Assembly: GCA_965200545.1 (NCBI GenBank)
Contig: CBDAUJ010000002.1
Span: 1,288,850-1,352,849 of the forward strand
Reading direction: 5' to 3'
Length of the DNA stretch: 64,000 bases
Source of the DNA: Arenicellales bacterium
GTDB lineage: Bacteria > Pseudomonadota > Gammaproteobacteria > Arenicellales > JAJDZL01
Below are positions 10,256 through 19,942 of the stretch, in pieces. Made by a program: the position numbers and the translations under genes. Each line of letters begins with the position of its first letter. Positions within the stretch are counted from its first letter, which is position 1. The notes beneath the pieces were generated by a model. The model searched no databases. It saw only the letters and a list, made by a program, of their open reading frames with translations, and had not been told where the DNA came from.

Positions 10256-11230
10256 ATGTTGCATGATGGCCGAATGAACGCGGCGCAACTGATTCGCTTA
10301 CTGGATCATAAAAAACCGGTTTCGGTTCGGCGTATTGCTTCTCTTTACGGTTTCGATCGGCAATGGGTGAGGCAGACACTGGATCAGCTAATGGATGCCG
10401 GCTTGCCGTGCCGGTGGACTTCAGCGAACAGTGTACGCTTGTCTCGTTCCGTCAATCCCCTGGATGCAGATGAGATTCGCGCTCATGTCGGATTGTTCAG
10501 CGCAAGTCTGGCAAACCGCATCGAAGTTTTTGAGACGATTGATTCGACCAATGACTATTTGCTGAGTAAATCCGTGAGCGCAGGCATTCATCGCAGAGTT
10601 TGTATTGCTGAAATGATGGAAGCAGGTCGTGGTCGGAGGCGCCGGAAGTGGTACGGCGGAGCATTCGAAAACATTATGCTATCGATTGGATGGAATTTTG
10701 GTGCTGAGGCCCGAAAAATATCCGGGTTGAGTTTGGCCGTGGCGGTCATGGTTGGACACGCACTGGAGAAGTTCACGGGTAAGTCCATCGCAGTCAAATG
10801 GCCAAACGATCTTTTGTATCAGGGCAAAAAGCTATGTGGCATACTGATTGAGTCGCAGCCAAGCGGAACGGTGATCGGCATTGGTATCAACTGCCGTCCG
10901 CCTCAATTCAAATCCGATGAAATGAAACTGCCGGCAATCGGCTTGACGCAAATTACACGCAAGAGGGTAAGCCGCAATATTCTGATTTCTATGCTGCTAA
11001 AGCAATTGGACCTTGGCCTTATACGATTCCAGCAGCATGGTTTCGCTGCCTTCCGTGAATCATGGAATCTCAGTCATGCATTCGCGAATCAATGGATGGT
11101 CACAAGCGACAGTCCGCAAGTGTGCGGCCGCGCTGTCGATGTTGACGAATGCGGTGCACTGATGCTTGAGCGGAAAGATGGCAAATTGGTTCGTATCCAT
11201 TCAGGGGAAGTGACACCGGTCGACGAATGA
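10256..11230 (+). CDS. birA: bifunctional biotin--[acetyl-CoA-carboxylase] ligase / biotin operon repressor
   Basis: GRGRRRRKW biotin-ligase motif and an N-terminal wHTH. The ORF-track start at 10115 lies inside the IS. The ATG at 10256 is preceded by GGAGG at 10241-10245. Confidence 0.85.
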   Translation: MLHDGRMNAAQLIRLLDHKKPVSVRRIASLYGFDRQWVRQTLDQLMDAGLPCRWTSANSVRLSRSVNPLDADEIRAHVGLFSASLANRIEVFETIDSTNDYLLSKSVSAGIHRRVCIAEMMEAGRGRRRRKWYGGAFENIMLSIGWNFGAEARKISGLSLAVAVMVGHALEKFTGKSIAVKWPNDLLYQGKKLCGILIESQPSGTVIGIGINCRPPQFKSDEMKLPAIGLTQITRKRVSRNILISMLLKQLDLGLIRFQQHGFAAFRESWNLSHAFANQWMVTSDSPQVCGRAVDVDECGALMLERKDGKLVRIHSGEVTPVDE

Positions 11231-11864
11231 CGAGTGCGTATGCAAAATTCATCTAATGGCTGCGGGTAGCCGTTGTCCTAGCCGTGTTGGTCGTTGGCTG
11301 CCCAAATTGATATTCAAGAGTCGGTCCAATCCCAGTAGTGAAATCATTTAGAAATGGATTGACTCACACGATAGGTGTTCGTCTATGAGCTGAGCCGCAG
11401 AATCAGACGCAAAATGGCTTTTGTATCGATATCTCCCGAAAAGTTCGAGTACGCCTTTTGTAAAATTGCCGTGAGCCGCAATCAGCAGAACCGCTCTGGC
11501 GCGAGAGGTGAAACTGGTGAGGGAATTGCCAGAAGCGAGGCAACGAAGAACGGTAATCTCGAGGCAATACACCTGAACTGAACTTGAGCATATTACCCCG
11601 GGTAAAACACTTGACATGAAACTAAAGTTCGTGCCGGCTATAGTCTATTAATTGCAGACACTGGTATCCGGTTAAGGGAAACAATATTCACGCATCTGAT
11701 TGATATAGAATAGAACACTGTTTTGAGGTGTCTCTGAGGCTTGGTTTAATGCCAAAAACGGCACGATATTTTTTGAAAAATACCACTGATTCAAAAGATT
11801 ATGGACTTCAGGCCACAGGCCAAAGCCTGTCAATCCACATAAACTGCTGAATTTTTTAATGAGC

Positions 11865-11897
11865 TAAACGGGCCAATAGCAATAAACGGGCCAATAG
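11865..11897. repeat. 15-bp direct repeat taaacgggccaatag x2, 3-nt spacer
   Basis: Seen directly at 11865-11879 and 11883-11897, inside a 1.3-kb region with no credible ORF. Confidence 0.6.
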
Positions 11898-12561
11898 TAA
11901 AATCTGCTTTTTGCTAACGGATTGCTTCGGCATTCAACTTTCTGATTAGCGACACCATACGATTTGATTGACAAGTTGTCTTCTTTGAAAATGCAGTCGG
12001 CTGCTGTTATTTCAGGCAAAGACCGATGGTTTGCTCACAATGCAGATATGCCAATCCAGCCGTTGCTAGCACTCTTTAACTCCCAACTGACCGTGTCGCT
12101 GTGTCTATGGATTTAGAATAAGGGCAGTTTTATGGCTTGCCAATTCCTTCAGTGCAATTCAAATAGGGGTAGAATGCCGGACAATTTTGCTCAAGAGTCG
12201 AACGTCACCCGTATCTGATGCCCTCTTGTCTGAATATTTCTCGCTGAACGACGACTTGTCAGCACCTCTGGCGATTGGCGCACTAGACTTTTTAGTAACT
12301 AAAATTGCAAGTAATTGATAAATATGACAACACTATTTTTTTTTCTTTCATGACAGTGTCCCCGCCGCGCGGAGTTGGCCACTATTATTCAATGGCGAAT
12401 TAAGCTAATTTCATTAAAGCACTCGGAATTGATAACTCTGCAATATTTCAAGACCGTCATTGCAATGATCCGTGCGGTTTGGAATATTGCATGCAGTCAT
12501 TTGTTTGCATCAGTTTCAAAAATAATCATTGGCAGCCACTTTGCCGATCTGCGATAGGGTC

Positions 12562-14103
12562 TCAATTTTGGTAGATCAGCTCATACCCGATGCTTTTTAG
12601 GTAGTTTTGTTCGTGACGCAAGTCGGCGAGCGTGAGAGGATGTTGCTCAAGCCAGTCAGGGGGAAACTCAACCGTCAGCTGCTTTCTTGATGCTGTGCAC
12701 TTGATGTCAAATCTAATGCGATCTGTTCTAGGTCGCAAAAGCAAAACAGCAACACGCAGCAAAACACACAGGCGTTTGATTGTGCGCCGGGGAAAGCTTT
12801 GATTTGAATGAAAAAACTCTGTATCGAATTTGCGGCGATGAAAACGCACGAGCGTGGCCAATACTATTTGTTCCGTGCGCGAAAAACCCGCCAGATCTGA
12901 GACTTCAAGGAGGTAACCGCCGTGCACATGATACTTTGAGTGCGTGAGTGACAGCCCTATTTCATGCAGCAATGCAGCCCATGCAAGCAGATTTTTGGTT
13001 TCTGGCTCGTCCGAGAACCAAATCGGAGCCACCTGGCTATACATGGTCAGAGCGACATCTCGAACCCGTTCCGCATGATCTTTATCAATTGACCATTGCG
13101 CCAGAAGTGATTCGACGGTCCGTTGTCTGACATCATCATTTCGCAGTCGCCCCAGCAAGTCGTACAGTACGCCTTCACGCAGCGCGAGATCTGATATTTC
13201 CATAGTCTGAATATTCAAAAGCTCAAATAGTGCAAACACAATGGCGAAGCCGCCCGGAAGAACTTCGCATCGATTTGTCTCAAACCCCAATTTGCTCAGT
13301 TCTGAAACGTGTTGATACTGCACCATTCGCTCGCGCAGCGCATTCAGTTCTCGCCGACCGATGTGCCCGTCATTAAGTCCTAAATACGACAGTGAGTTTG
13401 CCACTGCTCGAATTGTGCCTGAACAGCCTACAACGTGCCCCCAGCCATGCTCAACGAACTGGCGATGAACAGCTCGAACTTCAAGCTGCGCGTCCAGAAT
13501 TGCCATTGCCATGCAATCATAGCTGATGTGACCACCCGGAAAACGAGTGCTGGTCAGTGACACGCAGCCAATGTGCAGACTTTCCACACAGTTGGGCTCA
13601 TAGTCGCTGCCGGCAATGATTTCAGTGCTGCCGCCGCCGATGTCGATTACAAGTTGTTTTTGGTTGCTGTCAGGCGATCCGTAACTGACTGACTTGTAGA
13701 TCAGCCGCGCTTCCTCGCGACCCGGAATCACTTCGATTTTGTGTCCTAATGCAGCTTGTGCCGCAGGCAGAAAATCCTGAATATTTCGCGCTTTACGGAA
13801 AGTGTTGGTACCTACCGCTCGGATGTTGTCGGGCGGAATATCGCGCAATCGCTGTCCAAAGCGTTGCAGGCAATCAATAGCGCGCGCGCTGGTTTCTTGA
13901 TTCAGATTTGAAGATTGATCGAGGCCGCCTCCGAGTCTGACAACTTCGCGAATGCGGTCAACGACGATCAGTCGGTCGCTGTCGACCTTGGCAATAACAA
14001 GATGAAAACTGTTTGAGCCTAAATCGACCGCGGCAATGAAATTGTCACCCGAAGGTACGGTGTCACTTTTTTGAGTCTGATCAGCACCGAAATCTGCTTT
14101 CAC
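12562..14103 (-). CDS. ppx: exopolyphosphatase / guanosine pentaphosphate phosphohydrolase family
   Basis: 513 aa with a Ppx/GppA N-terminal actin-like fold (AAVDLGSNSFHLVIA, DIGGGSTE) plus a C-terminal HD-type domain. GTG start. Confidence 0.85.
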   Translation of the reverse strand: MKADFGADQTQKSDTVPSGDNFIAAVDLGSNSFHLVIAKVDSDRLIVVDRIREVVRLGGGLDQSSNLNQETSARAIDCLQRFGQRLRDIPPDNIRAVGTNTFRKARNIQDFLPAAQAALGHKIEVIPGREEARLIYKSVSYGSPDSNQKQLVIDIGGGSTEIIAGSDYEPNCVESLHIGCVSLTSTRFPGGHISYDCMAMAILDAQLEVRAVHRQFVEHGWGHVVGCSGTIRAVANSLSYLGLNDGHIGRRELNALRERMVQYQHVSELSKLGFETNRCEVLPGGFAIVFALFELLNIQTMEISDLALREGVLYDLLGRLRNDDVRQRTVESLLAQWSIDKDHAERVRDVALTMYSQVAPIWFSDEPETKNLLAWAALLHEIGLSLTHSKYHVHGGYLLEVSDLAGFSRTEQIVLATLVRFHRRKFDTEFFHSNQSFPRRTIKRLCVLLRVAVLLLRPRTDRIRFDIKCTASRKQLTVEFPPDWLEQHPLTLADLRHEQNYLKSIGYELIYQN

Positions 14104-14532
14104 TCAGAACCTGTCGTTGCTATAAATTTAGTCTCGGCACCACGATATCGAGTCCGCAATTCCATTACGATTTTCATCAAAGTTACGCAGTACATGCAAA
14201 TTTTTTGACATCGGCACTTTTTCGATAGGCATGTTTTATCACTTCAATCTTAGTAACCGCAATCGGTAGCGAATTCATGCCATCTCAAAGGCCCGCCTAG
14301 TATATTGCATGTAATAAATCTGGCAGGTAATCTGTCCCGACCGACAGCAGGCTCAGTCGCCGCCGAGGAATGCTCTCAGACAAGCAAGGGGCAACAGGTA
14401 GTCTCACCGGCGAGTAATTCACAATTGCCAGTGAGCGATAAAATGTCAAGAAAGGGGTGAAAAAGAGAGGAAATAACGAAAAAATACCAAAAATAAAAAT
14501 ATTCGTTAACAAATACTTGTGAGGCTTAGAAA

Positions 14533-14553
14533 GACTGAGGCTTAATCAGTTGT
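14533..14553 (+). repeat. candidate attL core (21-bp direct repeat)
   Basis: gactgaggcttaatcagttgt, identical to 51157-51177. The bases immediately flanking each copy differ. Confidence 0.7.
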
Positions 14554-14572
14554 ACCCAACAACACATGCTTA

Positions 14573-14603
14573 TTGACACATTACAAATATTGTAATGTGT
14601 CAA
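14573..14603. repeat. perfect 31-bp palindrome (14-bp arms, 3-nt centre)
   Basis: ttgacacattacaa-ata-ttgtaatgtgtcaa, 20 bp inside the candidate attL and about 250 bp upstream of the small recombinase gene. Confidence 0.9.
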
Positions 14604-14856
14604 AACTGTCATTAGGGGATTTTTTTTCTGAAATACTTCATTTTCTGATTGGCCGATCAAGGAAAAGATTCCTTACGCTAACGGACTTTTTCAGATATTT
14701 TAACAATTCAACATCAAATTTTAAATATTTTTTCAAAGAATTGTGCATTTAAGTCAAACATACGTGGGTGGAACGATTATTGGCAATAAATTATTTTGAA
14801 AACAACGACATTGACCATTGAATACCGTTTGCATACATTAGCATTTTTGTTGTAAT

Positions 14857-15507
14857 TTGAATCAATATAGACAACGTACTGTGTCAAACGCCACCAAAAA
14901 ATACCCAAACTGCGATGATTTGGGCCACTTGCTCGTGAGCCGTTTCGGGCGGAAATACCTTTCGAAAGAAGAGCGGCACCGATTTTTTGCCAGTGCGCGA
15001 CTAAGCGAAAAACCGGAATTGCAAACGTTTGCGCTGACCTTGGGCTATACCGGCGGAAGAATCTCTGAAATTCTTGCGCTTCGTGCCGGTGATGTGAGCC
15101 TGGAGAGAGCATCTGTTTTCGTCATTTCGCTTCGACGCAGCTACGAATCGTGGCGCGAGATACCGATACCGGAAGAATTCAACAGGGAATTGGAGTTGAC
15201 TCATCATCTGCGCCAGAAACAACTCAATGATGCGGATTCAAATACTCTGATTTGGAAATATTCTCGCTCGACGGCATACCGCCATATCACTAGAATCATG
15301 GCGCTGGCGCGAGTCAATGGAATTCAGGCAACACCTCAAGGATTGCGCCATAGCTTCGGAGTTTGTGCGGTTGAGGATGGTGTGCCGTTGCCGATTATTG
15401 CACAAGTGATGGGCCATATGAACTTGGATTCTGCGTCAGTCTACACAACCGCCACTGGCAATGAAGTTCGTGAATACTTAAAAAAAATGTGGCAGAATTC
15501 ATGCTAG
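14857..15507 (+). CDS. small tyrosine recombinase, catalytic domain only (FimB/FimE-like architecture)
   Basis: About 216 aa (TTG start uncertain). Catalytic signature GGRISE (Arg), LRHSF (H-x-x-R), GHMNLDSASVY (His...Tyr). There is no N-terminal SAM-like domain. Confidence 0.75.
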   Translation: MNQYRQRTVSNATKKYPNCDDLGHLLVSRFGRKYLSKEERHRFFASARLSEKPELQTFALTLGYTGGRISEILALRAGDVSLERASVFVISLRRSYESWREIPIPEEFNRELELTHHLRQKQLNDADSNTLIWKYSRSTAYRHITRIMALARVNGIQATPQGLRHSFGVCAVEDGVPLPIIAQVMGHMNLDSASVYTTATGNEVREYLKKMWQNSC

Positions 15508-15685
15508 CGTCTGATTATCTGTTCGCTGTCCACCGCGTAGATTCTTTGGGAAATATAGTTTTAGGTAGCCAGAGCCGCTATATCTTTGACTGAAACAATG
15601 TCCGGGCCAGATGCAAGAGCCGACCCGGATAAGAGTTAAATGAGGCTCTGTTTGGCTTGTTTGAAACAATGCCAATCAAATTGCG

Positions 15686-16597
15686 CTAGATGTTGTATTG
15701 ATCCAGTGTCGAGATCAATTCTCGGATATTTTCCAATTCTGGATGGATGTAGCGCATTGTTGTTTGCATAGTTGAGTGGCCAAGCAAGTTTTGGAGTTCC
15801 TTGTATTTTCCCTCTTTAGCCAGCTGGGTAGCAACTGTATGCCTTAAACGATGTGCAGAGATGCGGATGCCAGTGACCTGCGAAAGACGGTTGAAGAAAT
15901 TCGTAACTGTTGATAACTGCAGCTGATTTTTGCATCGATAGCGCGAATTGAACAAGCGAATGTCATAAACAAAACGCTCGTTGATATCAGCATCGAGGCC
16001 TAAACGTCTCAATGTCTCGGTTCGTATCTGCATTAGGCTATTGACTGCCGGAGTTGTCAGCGGAATATCCCAGCTCAATTTGGTTTTGCTGGAACGGGGG
16101 TCGAAAGTTATTTTTTTTTCGTCGAAGTCTATATCAGCCCAGCGCAAGCCAACTAACTGTTTGCGTCGCATGCCAGTGTAAAACAGAATTCGCACCACTG
16201 ACTTCCAGAACCAGTCTGGCTGAAAAATAGATTCTTTTGTATCCAGATACACCATGATTGCATGTAAATCAGCGATTCGAACAGTTTTGGGACGTGTTCG
16301 ATAGACTTTCTCGAAGTGATTTGTGCCAATCGGGTTGGAACTTAAGAGTCCTTCGCAAACTGCGAATCCCAAAAGAATACGCAAATGTCGCAGATAGTTG
16401 TTCAATGTAGACGGTTCGACTTGTCTAGCCAAAACTTTTTCAGACCATTCTTTGACCGTTTGCCTATTTACGTCTCGAACGTGCGTTACCTTCGTGTCTT
16501 TGACAAATAAGCGGGCGACGAACCGGTAGTGAAATTTGGTTTCGTTCGCCAGCTTGTTTGAGTCAACGTAATGTTTGGCTAGCGTTGATATTTTCAC
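15686..16597 (-). CDS. tyrosine-type site-specific integrase (XerC/D-sized)
   Basis: TGMRRKQL (Arg), AHRLRHT, LGHSTMQTTMRY. I place the start at the in-frame GTG at 16597, preceded by AGGAG 8 nt upstream. The ORF track extends to 16750. Confidence 0.85.
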   Translation of the reverse strand: MKISTLAKHYVDSNKLANETKFHYRFVARLFVKDTKVTHVRDVNRQTVKEWSEKVLARQVEPSTLNNYLRHLRILLGFAVCEGLLSSNPIGTNHFEKVYRTRPKTVRIADLHAIMVYLDTKESIFQPDWFWKSVVRILFYTGMRRKQLVGLRWADIDFDEKKITFDPRSSKTKLSWDIPLTTPAVNSLMQIRTETLRRLGLDADINERFVYDIRLFNSRYRCKNQLQLSTVTNFFNRLSQVTGIRISAHRLRHTVATQLAKEGKYKELQNLLGHSTMQTTMRYIHPELENIRELISTLDQYNI

Positions 16598-16631
16598 AAT
16601 AAATACTCCTAATTTAACTGAACATCTATTT

Positions 16632-16661
16632 CGTTGCATCGATCTATAGACTGATGCAACG
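16632..16661. promoter_or_regulatory. near-perfect 30-bp palindrome upstream of the integrase
   Basis: cgttgcatc-gatctatagact-gatgcaacg has 9-bp perfect outer arms and an inner tctataga palindrome. It lies 35 nt upstream of the proposed integrase start. Confidence 0.5.
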
Positions 16662-16856
16662 AGTAAGGCTGTAAATTTAGAATTTATTGCTATGAAAATG
16701 CAAGTCTTTTTTTGTGTATAGTTTCGATCGCGATACTTTCGTCGCTTCAAGAGTGAAAATGCAATTCAATATCGACTTGTTTTCTGAAAAACAGCAGGCA
16801 ACACACAAATTTTTGCAGTCGGTGCGTAGTTTGTAGGAAATTACGGCTTCGCATCG

Positions 16857-18407
16857 TCAAGGTCTCTTGCCCGTTCCCGGCATCAGTGTTTGTGCTCCGC
16901 TTTGAAATGCCGTATCCGAGCGGTTGCTGATTTGTGTCCAGCTTTGACCGAGTGAGCGCATTGCGGGCGCGCTGATAGCTCCGATCAGCACAAACCAACC
17001 CATCGGAAGAGTAATGTATGAGAACAAGGTAATCATGCTCAATACAATGTCCGCGGAGGTGCCGCTTCCGCCGAACTCCAGTATTGATGAATCGGGATAT
17101 AGGGTCTGCAGCAGTTTTTCGTCGAGGAACTCGGCTAACGCCCACAAGGCAGAGACAAATTTTAGGCAAAATAAAATCAAGACGATACGCACAATAATCA
17201 CCGGGTTGACCATCGCGTATGGAACGAGCAGAGGAATTGAGATATACACCAGCATCAGCATAAGTGCCTGCACCATAGGCAATCCAATCAGCACAAGTTC
17301 CATCACAACATGAAACAATGCAGACATGATCAGAGCTCCCATTGAGGCGATTATTTGCTGAATGCCATCCAGCGAAAAAATGCTATCCGAAAACCAGTAA
17401 ATTGAGTCGCCGCGGTCAGCGCGATTGGTCACGACCTGAGGTGTTTTGTTGATCAGGCGTCGCAGAAATCGATCTTCATGCTCCACAATTTTGCGCTGTA
17501 CCACTGTGGCATCGGTTCCATTGCTCGCTTTTGCAATCCGGTCCAAATCGCCCTGCAGCCACGGTGCACTAGTGTGCAATTGCGTGAGAAGCTTGGCTCG
17601 CAGACCGATCTCAGAATGTGTCCACCATAGGTCGCAATAGGGCTGACCAGGCAGTGCCATGTCGCTTTCCACAACACGCGCCCATGGTGACATCGCAGAA
17701 CTGGCATAGTAACCTGAACCGCATCTGTTGACATCATCACAGCGGCGATAATATCCAGCGGTGGTGAGAAATATATGCGAACCTAGCCAGTCAACTGACT
17801 GCATGATGCTGTCAGGCTTGGGCGGATTGGTTGCGTTTTGGTACTTGGCCAATGACGGCTCGTAACAATCCCGCCGGAATGCTCGCAGTTCTGTGAGCAA
17901 TTGCTCATCCGTCAGCTGCACCTGTCCGATTCTCATCAACGCAGGCCGCAGACCCGCGGGCTGTCCTAGCCAATCAATCGCCTTGATAACTGATTTCGTG
18001 AACAGGGCAGAAACCTCAATCGTCAGCCACCATAAAAGCGGCAGTTTGAATTGTTGAGCATATTCGGCATCAATCCGGTAGGGGAACTGACTGCTGTCGG
18101 TTGCTGCCGCAACTTTATCGTCGCCTCGAACATACTGAATATCGCCGCCTTGAATTGGAATTGCCGGCAAGAAGCACAAAATCAGGACAACAGTCACGAT
18201 TGCCACATCCTGTTCCATTCGACGCAGGGAAACTGGGGCGGCATTGCGCGATTCCTGACTTCGTGTGGGCTGGATCCAGTTTCGATATAAGGCAATTCCG
18301 ATTGGCAGGAACACTAGCCCGCTTGCTGTGAGCACTTGCGCGATACTGTTGGCGATGTGCCACCCAATCAGCGTGGTTGCAAACTCATAGTAAGAGTGAA
18401 CTTTCAC
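16857..18407 (-). CDS. traG: conjugal transfer protein TraG (ICE Mpf membrane protein, TraG N-terminal-domain type)
   Basis: 516-aa polytopic membrane protein at the end of the Mpf operon, following the PFL_4711-like gene as in PFGI-1/ICEclc-type elements. Confidence 0.65.
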   Translation of the reverse strand: MKVHSYYEFATTLIGWHIANSIAQVLTASGLVFLPIGIALYRNWIQPTRSQESRNAAPVSLRRMEQDVAIVTVVLILCFLPAIPIQGGDIQYVRGDDKVAAATDSSQFPYRIDAEYAQQFKLPLLWWLTIEVSALFTKSVIKAIDWLGQPAGLRPALMRIGQVQLTDEQLLTELRAFRRDCYEPSLAKYQNATNPPKPDSIMQSVDWLGSHIFLTTAGYYRRCDDVNRCGSGYYASSAMSPWARVVESDMALPGQPYCDLWWTHSEIGLRAKLLTQLHTSAPWLQGDLDRIAKASNGTDATVVQRKIVEHEDRFLRRLINKTPQVVTNRADRGDSIYWFSDSIFSLDGIQQIIASMGALIMSALFHVVMELVLIGLPMVQALMLMLVYISIPLLVPYAMVNPVIIVRIVLILFCLKFVSALWALAEFLDEKLLQTLYPDSSILEFGGSGTSADIVLSMITLFSYITLPMGWFVLIGAISAPAMRSLGQSWTQISNRSDTAFQSGAQTLMPGTGKRP

Positions 18408-18414
18408 GCTTCTA

Positions 18415-19707
18415 TCAGCGGAGGAGCTGCGGCGGGCGCTGCCGCAACGGCAGTTGCGGCGTTTTCATTGTCTCGTGAGTTTCCAAGACTTGCTTGATTG
18501 TGCCCGAAATAATGCGACTGCTTAGTTCAAATTCAAACACCGCACGCTGGATTTCCTTTTCTAGCAAATCGATTTTTTGCTCGATTGTTGCAGTGACGGC
18601 GCCAACGCTTTGTATATTGGGTTCCATCATGCCGCTCAGCAGCAGTCGGCGTGCAAGAAAAGCCTTGTTGATTGATTGTGACAGTGCGATTTCGTTGGCG
18701 ATGCGCGGTGTCAGATAGTTCCTATCTGGCAAGTCGCGCAACGCATCAACCAGTGGTGCCGATACAACTGAGTTATCGCCCAGCAATTGAATGTCATCCG
18801 CCGACACGGGCCGGTTGGAGTACACGAGTTTTTGTAGCCGCTCATGAAATTTTGATGTCTCGCGCGCGATCTTGGGCAGCAGCCCGACTCCAGCTACGGT
18901 AAAATCGTGTTCCCCGTTTTGTATTCGATAGTCGCCGAGCACATCGACCAGCCATTGACTTGCCGCCTCTGGATTTGGCCACGTTTTGGACAGTGTGGTC
19001 GCATCATCATTTGTGAATATCCTGCCGGTTCCAGCGCAATTCGGAGATTCTCCCAGCAACAGGCACCACCCCGCGGCAACCGTATCTTTGATGAGCCATA
19101 TGGGTTCTTTGCCGCGACAGCCCGCTGCGTGACCGCCGATCCACTGAATGCACCCGTCGAACTGATCGACTTGCTTTTTGGCTGCTATTGCGGTTCGGCC
19201 ACTGGCGGTTTGCTGCTGCCAAGATTGAGCTCGCGCGGTTCGCGTCATGCTGTGAAATGGATTATTGTTACTAGCCAAAGCAGCCATTGAATTGTCGCAT
19301 GATGCAACCGCTCGGTTCCATTTGTCTTCCACTCTGACAAGGTAATGCTGCAACAGTTGGCACGCTGTTGGTTTGGCTCGGCACAAAATCGATCCTGGCA
19401 GTGCGGTCGCGGCAGCTTGCGAAATGTCGTCCAAAGTGGTCAAAGTGTCATTGAGCCGACTGCGGAAAATTGATTGAATTTCAGACTCTGCGTCAAATCG
19501 ACTACATACACGACTATGCTTCAAATTGTTTTTCGCCAGGCCGCCTAGACTGTCATATTCAGATGCTGGCTTGCTAACTGCTTGATCACCGCCGAGCGAA
19601 TAGTAAAGAGGGATGTTTTTGATTGTCGTCTGTGCGGATGCAACACCGCTCAACAGCGTTGCCGAAGCCAGCAACGACAAATAAATACGATATATGCAAC
19701 TGCTCAT
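18415..19707 (-). CDS. ICE Mpf periplasmic protein (PFL_4711/TIGR03755-like by position)
   Basis: 430 aa with a signal peptide (LLSGVASA|Q). Assigned by synteny next to traG. Confidence 0.55.
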   Translation of the reverse strand: MSSCIYRIYLSLLASATLLSGVASAQTTIKNIPLYYSLGGDQAVSKPASEYDSLGGLAKNNLKHSRVCSRFDAESEIQSIFRSRLNDTLTTLDDISQAAATALPGSILCRAKPTACQLLQHYLVRVEDKWNRAVASCDNSMAALASNNNPFHSMTRTARAQSWQQQTASGRTAIAAKKQVDQFDGCIQWIGGHAAGCRGKEPIWLIKDTVAAGWCLLLGESPNCAGTGRIFTNDDATTLSKTWPNPEAASQWLVDVLGDYRIQNGEHDFTVAGVGLLPKIARETSKFHERLQKLVYSNRPVSADDIQLLGDNSVVSAPLVDALRDLPDRNYLTPRIANEIALSQSINKAFLARRLLLSGMMEPNIQSVGAVTATIEQKIDLLEKEIQRAVFEFELSSRIISGTIKQVLETHETMKTPQLPLRQRPPQLLR

Positions 19708-19942
19708 TTACAAAGATTCAATTTTCCGTGACGAATTCGGCTTGCCAAGCTTTCGAATGAGAATACAAAGGCCGCAGGAATTTGCAAAAATACAATCTGA
19801 TTTCCGGTATGATGAGTTTTTTTGAATCACGTGAAAAACCGCGGTGAATTTCAGCTTTCGAGCATGATCGCAAGCAATGAATCGTATCTATCAGTCAATA
19901 TAATGAGAGTTTTGCTGCCGTTATCCACATTGCCGATTTAAG

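Noticed and set aside
11735-11750. ctgaggctt, resembling part of the 21-bp att core, as a relic att site.
   Set aside because: Only 9 contiguous bases match, which is about what chance predicts in a 64-kb window read on both strands.
14297-14512. A 71-aa hydrophobic ORF just outside attL as a small membrane protein.
   Set aside because: It is translated from a T-rich low-complexity stretch, has no RBS that I could see, and shows no conservation signal that can be assessed here.
14602-14611. The 10-mer aaaactgtca near attL, repeated in inverted form at 51213-51222 near attR, as candidate integrase arm sites.
   Set aside because: The right-hand copy lies outside the direct repeat in chromosomal flank, whereas arm sites should both be island-internal. 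A 10-mer match is also weak evidence.
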